This document shows positions 8,522 through 16,868 of a stretch of DNA of 64,000 nt, piece by piece. The stretch comes from Candidatus Thorarchaeota archaeon. GTDB taxonomy: Archaea; Asgardarchaeota; Thorarchaeia; Thorarchaeales; Thorarchaeaceae. The notes below the pieces were generated by a model. That model searched no databases. It saw only the letters and a list, made by a program, of their open reading frames with translations, and was not told the origin of the DNA. Positions within the stretch are counted from its first letter, which is position 1, and each line of letters begins with the position of its first letter. The translations under genes and the position numbers were made by a program. The DNA lies in contig JAGSHN010000016.1 of assembly GCA_029855935.1 (NCBI GenBank), positions 32,001-96,000 of the forward strand. The letters are read 5' to 3'.

Positions 8522-10105
8522 TCACGCGACGGGAGAGTACCCCTTTCTCAGAACCGTATCAACGGCCTGGTCCCACTCTCTCGGATAGTCCTGATTGTAG
8601 TGCGTCCCCCTGCTCTCACGGCGCATCCGGGACATCCTGACTATGAGTTCCGCCACAACGGCGATGTTTCTCAACTCAACCAGGTCCGGTGTGATCTTGA
8701 AGTCCCAGTAGAACTGCTCTATCTCCCTTCGGATGAAGTCTATCCGATTCCGTGCCCTGATGAGCCTCTTTCGCGATCTCACTATGCCTACGTAGTTTGT
8801 CATTATGCGTCGTATCTCATCCCACGTGTGCGATATAACAATGAGCTCATCGGGATCCGTGGCCTCACCCGGGTCCCACGGACGGATCTCGTCTGCGCGG
8901 ATTGGTCTGTCGAGCATCTCAGATGCGGCAAGCGCAGCATTATGTCCCACAACCAGTCCCTCAAGCAGCGAGTTTGAGGCCATCCTGTTCGCTCCATGGA
9001 ATCCCGTACAGGCGGTCTCTCCGACGGCGAACAGCCCCTTGATGTCCGTTCGTCCCGCGATGTCCGTCTTGACGCCACCACAGCAGTAGTGTGCTCCCGG
9101 GACGACGGGTATCGGTTCCGATGTTATGTCGATGCCGGCCTCAAGACACCTCCTATAGATGACGGGAAATCTGTTCTTAATCCAGGCAGAGTCCTTGAAA
9201 GATATGTCGAGATAGACGTGGTCGGCCCCCGTTCGTTTTAGCTCGGCATCGATGGCACGAGCAACAATGTCACGCGGCGCGAGTTCCGCGTCTGGATGAT
9301 ATCGTGGCATGAAGCGTTCTCCGTCTGCTCCAAGCAACACTGCTCCCTCGCCGCGCAGGGCCTCTGAGATCAAGAATGAGTGTACGCGATGGTGATAGAG
9401 GAGCGTCGGATGGAACTGGATGAACTCCATGTTCATTATCGAGGCACCCGCCCGATAAGCCATTGCGATACCATCCCCCGTGGCGTGAGGCGGATTGCTG
9501 GTATACAGAAAGACCTTGCCCACCCCTCCAGTCGCGAGTACGGTCACGCGAGAGGCGAATCGTCTGATCTCTGCACTCTCTGTGTCGAGCACATAGGCCC
9601 CGAGAACCTCGTTGTCTCTCACAACAAGGTTGACCGCCATATGGTTCTCAAAGATGATGATGTTCGGCTCCTGTCTGACGGCGCTGGCAAGAGCCTCCTC
9701 GATGTCCCTCCCGGTGTGGTCCTTGACGTGAAGGACTCTTCTGTGACTGTGACCACCCTCTAGACCGAGATCGAACTCGTCGGATCCCTCTGCCTTGCAG
9801 AACTCGACCCCCAGCTCGCTGAGCTGACGGATGCGCTCGGGAGCGGCCCTGACGATTGCCTCGACAACACCACGATGACAGAGCCCGCAGCCGACTCTGA
9901 GAGTGTCGTGGATATGGGCCTCGAAGGAGTCCTCCGGAGAGACTACTGCCGCAATACCGCCCTGTGCAAGGGATGTGGCGGTGTCTGTGAGCCCCCTCTT
10001 GGTGACAATGGCCGCAGTCCCGTGACGTGACGCTTCGAGCGAGAAGATCAGTCCGGAGATACCACTGCCTATCACCAGGAAGTCAGACTTGATGACATCG
10101 TTCAT
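8522..10105 (-). CDS. nadB: L-aspartate oxidase
   Basis: True start MNDVIKSD (GAGGGG upstream). GSGISGL, AQGGIA, EGGHSHRR, QFHPT, SEALRGEG, ELAPRDIV, HGANRMASNSL and RESRGTH motifs. Confidence 0.95.
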   Translation of the reverse strand: MNDVIKSDFLVIGSGISGLIFSLEASRHGTAAIVTKRGLTDTATSLAQGGIAAVVSPEDSFEAHIHDTLRVGCGLCHRGVVEAIVRAAPERIRQLSELGVEFCKAEGSDEFDLGLEGGHSHRRVLHVKDHTGRDIEEALASAVRQEPNIIIFENHMAVNLVVRDNEVLGAYVLDTESAEIRRFASRVTVLATGGVGKVFLYTSNPPHATGDGIAMAYRAGASIMNMEFIQFHPTLLYHHRVHSFLISEALRGEGAVLLGADGERFMPRYHPDAELAPRDIVARAIDAELKRTGADHVYLDISFKDSAWIKNRFPVIYRRCLEAGIDITSEPIPVVPGAHYCCGGVKTDIAGRTDIKGLFAVGETACTGFHGANRMASNSLLEGLVVGHNAALAASEMLDRPIRADEIRPWDPGEATDPDELIVISHTWDEIRRIMTNYVGIVRSRKRLIRARNRIDFIRREIEQFYWDFKITPDLVELRNIAVVAELIVRMSRMRRESRGTHYNQDYPREWDQAVDTVLRKGYSPVA

Positions 10106-10365
10106 GTTCTCAGTTCCCCTCTGTCTTTCAGTACGGCTGTGGCAGAGGCCCATCGGGTGTCGAAGATGGGTATACCAGCATTGGCTCGTTCTGTGAGGCG
10201 TTCGGAATGTAAGGTTTTGGGACGGCGGGTCTGTGGAGAATTGCATCCCCGACGACAGCAATCTTTTCAAGGGGGTTTGCCCGGTACCGTATCCCCCGCG
10301 TGGTGTTGTAGTATGAATGATGATTGTTTGATAACTCATAGTACAATTTGCACACTTACGCAGCA

Positions 10366-10398
10366 TTATAAGCAATTGACATAGCGCATCCGATGCGC
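10366..10398 (+). promoter_or_regulatory. TATA box (TTATAA) followed by a perfect inverted repeat GCGCATC-C-GATGCGC
   Basis: TTATAA at 10366-10371 and inverted repeat at 10384-10398, between the divergent nadB and longin genes. Confidence 0.45.
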
Positions 10399-10417
10399 AA
10401 GCAGGGGACAACTAGAG

Positions 10418-11380
10418 ATGAATATTGAAGGCGTAGTGATATTCGAGGCCAAGTCTGGAATCCCACTGTTTACTAAGATGAAGGGCAAAACTGACCCCAT
10501 GTTGTTCACCAGTTTCATAACCGCCGCGCGACACTTCTCGTCCGAGCTGTCACTCGGCGGACTATCCTCCTTCGCCACAGACGAGAAAGTAGTGTTCCTC
10601 GCCCAAGGAAAGAAAGTTGTCACGGCATTGATCACTTCGAAGAGCCAGGAGTTCCAGGAGACTCTTGAATTCGCCTCGGAGCTCGGTCAGGTCTTTGAGT
10701 CAAGGTATGAGATACCCGAACGACCACAACCGCACGCGTATTTGGACTTCAAGCCCGTTGTTGATGAGATGCTGCGAAAGGTCCGTGACCCGTTCCTCCG
10801 ACGTGTCGCGAGATTCGCCCATCAGGAGTACGGTGGCGAGGTCTCCACCAAGGCGAAGCTCACTAAGCGGAACGGCTCCGTGGGGACTGTTGACATAGTC
10901 GTCAGCCACGTGAAGAAGTCGGAGTGCGACTCTGACAGATTTGACGAGCTGGCAGTTCTCAACCTGTCGCAGAACTATACGTTTGTCAAGGCCATCGACG
11001 ACATTGCCAGTCGGGGGGCGGTGATCGACTTCATAGACTCAGTCGATAGCTATGGTGTCCGGGTGATCAAGAAGGATGAGATGAGGTTCTTGCCCTACTT
11101 CCCATGCCGGGCAGTCATAGTGGCGCGCGACTATGCGGAGGATGTCCTTGAGTATATTGAACGACTACCAAAGGATGACCAAGGCCCGTATATCGATGGC
11201 TCTCATGTCCTTGCAGGTCTGAGGAGGACAGGTTCTCTCCGCGATCTCAGATGCCACGTCGAGCTCTGGAAATGGCGCGACAACGGCTACCCCGTTCGTG
11301 TGGTCCCTCCACCGACGAATGAGGGCAGTTCTGCACACGCTGGCGAGCACTCCGCAATGGCATCGTCGGGTCATCTGTGA
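10418..11380 (+). CDS. Longin-domain protein with a C-terminal restriction-endonuclease-like (Mrr-type) fold
   Basis: N-terminus SGIPLF...DPMLFTSFITAARHFSSEL...F..RY...F..VVDEML resembles Asgard longin domains. C-terminus has the pattern VDIVV...FVKA...VIDF...AVIVARDY...VELW. Confidence 0.6.
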   Translation: MNIEGVVIFEAKSGIPLFTKMKGKTDPMLFTSFITAARHFSSELSLGGLSSFATDEKVVFLAQGKKVVTALITSKSQEFQETLEFASELGQVFESRYEIPERPQPHAYLDFKPVVDEMLRKVRDPFLRRVARFAHQEYGGEVSTKAKLTKRNGSVGTVDIVVSHVKKSECDSDRFDELAVLNLSQNYTFVKAIDDIASRGAVIDFIDSVDSYGVRVIKKDEMRFLPYFPCRAVIVARDYAEDVLEYIERLPKDDQGPYIDGSHVLAGLRRTGSLRDLRCHVELWKWRDNGYPVRVVPPPTNEGSSAHAGEHSAMASSGHL

Positions 11381-13722
11381 TACGTTACGACAACATTGGT
11401 GGACAACGGGACTATCCTCAGACAAGGAGCAACAGGGCTCTCCATCCTGTCCACTATGCTTCCACCATAGGCCTTGAACGTGTTCAGCTGTCTGCTATAG
11501 GGAACATAGACAAGAATCTCCTCTGGGAGAGACTCGCTGTTGACCTCTATCTGAAACTGGTTCATGCTGCTCCCAACAGAGACCTCCACCCTCCCATATG
11601 TCGTCGGGACATTCCATATCCGGACCTCGCGTTTGGTTGTGAACCACTCCTCTGGAATGGCGCGGAGCAATACGAGTACACCATTCTGCTCACATACGAG
11701 CATCTCGGAGGCGGCCAGCACCAGTCCTATTGCCGACCTCAGTACGCATCCCACCGTGATTGGTGTTGTGTTATTCTGCGCCGACTCGTCCGACAATGTG
11801 TGGTATCTTGAGATACCCTCAAAGATGTCCTCTGCGAGTGCCTCAACTCTGTCTCTGTCGCTGCGGAGGACGTTCAGATGAAAGAGCCTGAACCGGAGCC
11901 CCGGGATCAGGTGGCGAACAGCCTGCAGTCTGTCTTCTCTCGCAGCCTGCAGTAGTCGTTCTGTGGACTTGGTGACATCATCAATCAGATGTCTTGTTAG
12001 GGCACCACGCCCCAGAAGGATGACGCTGTCTGTCACTCTCATCAAGTCGCTCACGATGTAGGGGTTGAGGCTGACCGCCCTCAGCCGAATCCCTATTCGC
12101 TCAATTGCATCTTGAAAGATCCTGTCTACCCACTCACTGGTGCCATCAAGCCTCTCAGCTGCGCCGTGGCTGCCGACCCGTCTGAGGAGAGCCGCGAGGC
12201 GCCTTGCAGTGATGACCGTCCACACGGTGTCTATCAGCTTACGGATCGTTGGCTCCTCACCAGATGTTGTTCGAGGCGGGCTGCCGACGGTCTCCTCGTC
12301 ATACGATTCGACTGTTTCTCCGGACCCATATACGGTTGGAGTGGTTGTTTCCTCACCCCTCTGAGTTGAGAGTTGAGTCTCTGTGCCAGTTCTCTCGTCG
12401 TTTCCTGCAGGAGGCCGAGCAATTCTTCGCAGCTCACCGACGAGACGCTCGGACAGACTCTCCAGAGGGATGCCTGCTGAGTCGAAGACTCGGAGGTCAG
12501 GGAGATACATGTGGGTCTGGAGAATCGCCCATATGACTGGCATTCTGTTCACGAGGCCCTCCGACTTGCAACGAGCCACTTCGGCAAGGACTCTCCGTGT
12601 AACATCAGCCAGCACGGTGGACGCGCCCGTACGCGCCAGAGCGAGAATCAATCCCGCGAGTTCTGTTTCGGAGAGGTCACACAGACTCGACTCTGAGGCT
12701 GGCAATGCGTGCGACATGATCACGGCCTTTGCTTGAGTGATTGCGTCTTGGACACCGCTGTTGGGCAGTATCACGCCCACTGTATTGTCCATCAGGTCGA
12801 ACCATCGCTCCACGGTGGCATGACGCATCTCAGGCGTCTTTGCATATTCGGGGGCATCTCTTGCTATGAGACTGAGAGGCTGGACGAAGAAGATGATCAT
12901 TTCGCCTGCGGGACGCAAGTCCAGATCGTATCTCAGTACTGCTGTTGCCAAGCCTCTTGGTGTGCGTATCTCATTGTCTTCTCTCTCCGTCTGTGCCGTT
13001 ATCTCGTCAATCAGTGATGAGCTATCGGCCCAAGCGAGGAACACAGTATCAGGAGATGCATCAGACTCAACGGCTACTGCGCCATTTGCAACTAGTCTTC
13101 TCAGTAGCGCGTCGTACTCTATCTCCACCAACGGCTCTATGCCATGAATAGAGAGAGGGCGCAACGCCGCGAAGAATGTGAAGCCTACATTGTCCAGTGA
13201 CTTGTTCGACACATGTACCTCGTTGTACAATGCCGGTCTACCATCATCCTCGCCGTAGTATATGTGCCTGATGAACTCTACAGGACCGACCTGCTTCGAC
13301 CAGACGAACACCTGGTCCTCAATGGACGGGCACTCCAGCACAGCCTCCTCGCATAGCGCCGGGAACAGCACCTCTCCATCCTCACCAAGGAGCCAGAAGT
13401 CAAGGCCACCGCATCCCTCAAGGCCCGTTGTCAGTCCGGCCGAGTCGGAGTGTCCGACGCCACGGCCTCCCGCTCCTCCAATCGGTACCCAATCCGCCTC
13501 TGTTCCGTTCACGAGGCACTCGATACCATCATCCGGCCGTATGCGCGTTGCCCATCTGGGTTTCATCCACGGCTGGGTTGTCGGCGAGAGGAGGAGACGC
13601 GCATTTAGTCTTCCTCTGATCTCCTCCACGTATCTTGTTGTACTCTCTCCTCTCGGGGGGAGTTCGATACGATGCGCCCGTGCCACGCTCTCAAGGCGTG
13701 CCACATAGTCCTCCGTGAACAT
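11371..13722 (-). CDS. Six-hairpin glycosidase-like protein, probably degenerate
   Basis: N-terminal beta-sandwich, helical centre with a low-complexity insertion, and C-terminal LVLLRAIPEEW...NVPTTYGRVEV typical of the beta domain that follows (alpha/alpha)6 barrels. Confidence 0.5.
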   Translation of the reverse strand: MFTEDYVARLESVARAHRIELPPRGESTTRYVEEIRGRLNARLLLSPTTQPWMKPRWATRIRPDDGIECLVNGTEADWVPIGGAGGRGVGHSDSAGLTTGLEGCGGLDFWLLGEDGEVLFPALCEEAVLECPSIEDQVFVWSKQVGPVEFIRHIYYGEDDGRPALYNEVHVSNKSLDNVGFTFFAALRPLSIHGIEPLVEIEYDALLRRLVANGAVAVESDASPDTVFLAWADSSSLIDEITAQTEREDNEIRTPRGLATAVLRYDLDLRPAGEMIIFFVQPLSLIARDAPEYAKTPEMRHATVERWFDLMDNTVGVILPNSGVQDAITQAKAVIMSHALPASESSLCDLSETELAGLILALARTGASTVLADVTRRVLAEVARCKSEGLVNRMPVIWAILQTHMYLPDLRVFDSAGIPLESLSERLVGELRRIARPPAGNDERTGTETQLSTQRGEETTTPTVYGSGETVESYDEETVGSPPRTTSGEEPTIRKLIDTVWTVITARRLAALLRRVGSHGAAERLDGTSEWVDRIFQDAIERIGIRLRAVSLNPYIVSDLMRVTDSVILLGRGALTRHLIDDVTKSTERLLQAAREDRLQAVRHLIPGLRFRLFHLNVLRSDRDRVEALAEDIFEGISRYHTLSDESAQNNTTPITVGCVLRSAIGLVLAASEMLVCEQNGVLVLLRAIPEEWFTTKREVRIWNVPTTYGRVEVSVGSSMNQFQIEVNSESLPEEILVYVPYSRQLNTFKAYGGSIVDRMESPVAPCLRIVPLSTNVVVTYHR

Positions 13723-13978
13723 ATGGCGAAACCGTCCGATGGTAGATACATGGGAGGCAGTGTCCTCTGGATATTTATCTGTCGTGTGTGTCTAGCAATG
13801 CATTGGTGACACCGGAGGAAACGGAGAAGGTCCGCCACCTTCTGGTCCTGTCACCGCCACGCTCGATATGCACCCTCCGGACTGCTAAAAACTCTTAATA
13901 ACATTCAGACGGTGGTGGCCTGCGAGAAGCTCTGTGAGAGGCACGGTGGTCATTCTCGCGCCCAATGAGGTCTGATGT

Positions 13979-15163
13979 ATGGCTGAGTACCTGAGGAAGC
14001 CCTCACGACGGATAACAAATATGATTGCCAAGGAACTTAGGCTGATAGTCAAGGACCGCGTTGCCATCTTTCTCATCTTCTTGCTGCCCGCTGCCCTGAT
14101 TGGAATGCTGTGGTACGTGTCGAACCAACAAGAGATGACTCTCGGCCCCCACGGTGGCGGATCCTCATCCTCGGAGGAGACCGTCACGACCAACGTCACG
14201 GAGGTCCAGACTGGTGTGGTTCTGGGCATCATCGACCGTGACACGACCCGTACGTATGATGGCCCCGATCTGTCAGAGAATTTCACTCAATATCTCAATA
14301 TGACCGTCGACGAATTGATAGTGTACAATGACACGGACGAGGCTGTCCGAGATCTGTACAGGGGGCGTATCGACGGGTTTGTCGTCATACCGGACGGGTT
14401 TGAGGCTAACCTGACCGTCAATGAGCCCACTTACGTCGAAGTCCATGTCGATGCCACCGACCTCACGACCCAGAGCACAGTTCAGGGCATTGTCCAGTCC
14501 GCTGTCGTGTGGTTCAGAGCCTCCAAGTTCTGGATACGGTCGGAAGTCTTCCCCGATCTACGTATCGAGTTCGCTCCGGAGGGCGACTTTGTGGAGACTA
14601 TATTTGGCGGCTTCATAGTCATCATATCCAGCTACCTTGGCATTGCAATGACCTCTGCACAATCCATTGTCGGTGACGCCCCTCTCCGACGAATGCTTCT
14701 CACCCCGACCAACCGCCTTGAGGTGATACTCGCAAAGGTCACAGCCTATGTCCTCATCGGCTTCTTTCAGTCACTGCTTCTCATCACGTTGTGGGTTGTA
14801 GCCTTCAATCTCAATCTCAGTACGGGCTTTGGAACACTCGTCATCATCATGAGTCTGTGTGCGCTCACAGGGTCGACGACGGGAATCCTGATCTCGTCAA
14901 TCGCGTCCACGCGCCTTCAGGCCAATCAGATGTTTCTGTTTGTCATGTTTGGCACAATGATACTCTCGGGCTTCTTCATCGACGTTGGCATACTTGACGA
15001 ATTCCTACCATTGAATCAGGGCCTGAAACTACTCATCGACACGGCCTTCAAGGGACTGTCTCTCCTAGAGGTGAGCACGCGAATCATCCGTCTGTTAGTA
15101 TTCTCAGTACTTGCCACCTTGGCCGCTACGGTGATCTTCTCCAAGAAACCGACGCTGGGGTGA
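13979..15163 (+). CDS. ABC-2 type exporter permease with a large extracellular domain
   Basis: IAKELRLIVKDR, TM1, extracellular loop with IPDGF and N-x-S/T sequons, RMLLTP..RLEVILAK, five further TM helices. Confidence 0.92.
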   Translation: MAEYLRKPSRRITNMIAKELRLIVKDRVAIFLIFLLPAALIGMLWYVSNQQEMTLGPHGGGSSSSEETVTTNVTEVQTGVVLGIIDRDTTRTYDGPDLSENFTQYLNMTVDELIVYNDTDEAVRDLYRGRIDGFVVIPDGFEANLTVNEPTYVEVHVDATDLTTQSTVQGIVQSAVVWFRASKFWIRSEVFPDLRIEFAPEGDFVETIFGGFIVIISSYLGIAMTSAQSIVGDAPLRRMLLTPTNRLEVILAKVTAYVLIGFFQSLLLITLWVVAFNLNLSTGFGTLVIIMSLCALTGSTTGILISSIASTRLQANQMFLFVMFGTMILSGFFIDVGILDEFLPLNQGLKLLIDTAFKGLSLLEVSTRIIRLLVFSVLATLAATVIFSKKPTLG

Positions 15164-15181
15164 GCAACCAGAGGTGATCAT

Positions 15182-16861
15182 ATGGTCGTAAGAAGCGAAC
15201 TGCCTGCATCCGAACTCCCCGAGCGCCCCTCCTTTGTCGAGGAGGCCTACTTCTCGGGCGCCCGCATAGGTGATGCAATCGACTGGATTCACGAGCGAAG
15301 GGATCGCGAGATACACTGCGAGATAGAGGGCACCCTCACCAGAACAGGGCAGCGCGTCAAGTTCCGGGGACGTGTGCTGAGAGCGAAGAAGGGCATGCTC
15401 TCACGTCAGATTGCTGTCCTTGTGGAGAGCGACCTTCGGCAACGTGCGACTGACGAGCTGGATAGGGTTCTCACTGTGGGCAGCAACACCACGACCTCTC
15501 AGGATGTCGCGGCCACGCAGATAACACTTCAGAACTATCTCAAACGCGACATGGCGGGTGACCTGTTCTTCAACGGGTCCGAGCTCCAGGATGCCGCTAA
15601 GGAGGTCAGCAAGTTCCTGAAGGCTCATCGTGTTGCATGCACCGTGTGGGGGCAGAGGCTGTCTGACAGAACACCTATGATGATAGAGGGAATGATAATC
15701 GGCGCGTCAGTCAGTCCGGCACCAGTGCTACCAGAGGGCGTGCTGGAGGTCCGCGTCGAGGCGGAGGAGACGGGCGAGTCCAAGATCTATATCGTCGCGC
15801 AGCCACAGTTTCTCTTTGGTCCGCGTTCCGACCCCAATCTCACGGTCATTGCGCGCAAGGTCTACATCCGTCCCTATGCGTGGGTGGAGGCCCCCGCCTA
15901 CCGCAATGTCCTTGAGGCGCGTAACCTGACTGTGACAGTCAAGGGAGGAAAGAAGATAATCGAGAACGTGACATTCTCTATCAGGGAGGGCGAGATGCTG
16001 GCAATCATTGGTGAGTCAGGTGCGGGCAAGTCCACAACAGTGAAGGCTCTCATAGGCGATATCCCCAGTACTGGTGTGGCGCGAATAGCTGGTATCGACT
16101 CTAGGAACGCTCAGAAGGTGCGCTACTTCTTTGGCTACTGTCCTCAGGACCTCTCCTACATGTACGAGACGTTCACTCCGCTGGAGAACATAATTGCCTT
16201 CGGGAAGCAATACGACATCCCCGAGTACCAGCTGATTCGCGACGGCAAGACGCTGCTGCGCGACTTTGGAATAATTGAAAAGGCGAACAGCCCGACGAGG
16301 GAGCTCAGCGGTGGCCAGCAACGCCGTGTGTCAATTGCAATAGCGCTTGTCCATCGTCCCAAGGTTCTTCTGATGGACGAGCCAACCAGCGGGCTCGACC
16401 CTGACAATCGTAATGAGCTGTGGCAGTATCTCGACTATATCAACAAGGAATACGGGACATCCATGGTCGTCATCACACACTATCCTGCCGAGGCCGAGTT
16501 CTGCGACAAGGTAGCGGTCTTTATGAGAGGCAAGAGTCTCGTGGCCTTCGGCAGTCCTGCACGGCTCAAGGAGTCCCTTCCGAACCGCGGTTTCGCCGTG
16601 GGCATTGTCCTTGAAGAGGTCCACCCCAGGGCGCGCAAGGTACTGGAGAGTGTGGAGGGGGTGCGTTTCGTGCTACAACGCGGAGAGCTACTGAAGGTCT
16701 TCACGGAGGAGCCACTGGAAGAGGTCGCGGAACGGTGTCTGAGTGCGCTCGAGGAACATGAGATACCTGTCAAGATGGTCAAGACAAGGTCCATAGCGGA
16801 TATGGTCGACTACTACATCGCCATAACACGTGGCTTGGTCACCGGGATAATAGAGAAGTGA
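15182..16861 (+). CDS. ABC ATPase with a duplicated N-terminal TrmB-C-terminal-like domain
   Basis: GESGAGKS, LSGGQ, LLMDEP and ITH motifs are intact. The roughly 235-aa N-terminal extension consists of two similar units. GAGGTGA precedes the start. Confidence 0.9.
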   Translation: MVVRSELPASELPERPSFVEEAYFSGARIGDAIDWIHERRDREIHCEIEGTLTRTGQRVKFRGRVLRAKKGMLSRQIAVLVESDLRQRATDELDRVLTVGSNTTTSQDVAATQITLQNYLKRDMAGDLFFNGSELQDAAKEVSKFLKAHRVACTVWGQRLSDRTPMMIEGMIIGASVSPAPVLPEGVLEVRVEAEETGESKIYIVAQPQFLFGPRSDPNLTVIARKVYIRPYAWVEAPAYRNVLEARNLTVTVKGGKKIIENVTFSIREGEMLAIIGESGAGKSTTVKALIGDIPSTGVARIAGIDSRNAQKVRYFFGYCPQDLSYMYETFTPLENIIAFGKQYDIPEYQLIRDGKTLLRDFGIIEKANSPTRELSGGQQRRVSIAIALVHRPKVLLMDEPTSGLDPDNRNELWQYLDYINKEYGTSMVVITHYPAEAEFCDKVAVFMRGKSLVAFGSPARLKESLPNRGFAVGIVLEEVHPRARKVLESVEGVRFVLQRGELLKVFTEEPLEEVAERCLSALEEHEIPVKMVKTRSIADMVDYYIAITRGLVTGIIEK

Positions 16862-16868
16862 TTCCACA

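Noticed and set aside
10106-10411. 102-aa N-terminal extension of NadB in the ORF track
   Set aside because: Homology begins at MNDVIKSD, which has a ribosome-binding site; the extension crosses the promoter region. Similar over-extensions were trimmed at 2905, 7722, 29108, 35632, 37510, 41502, 48188 and 63808.
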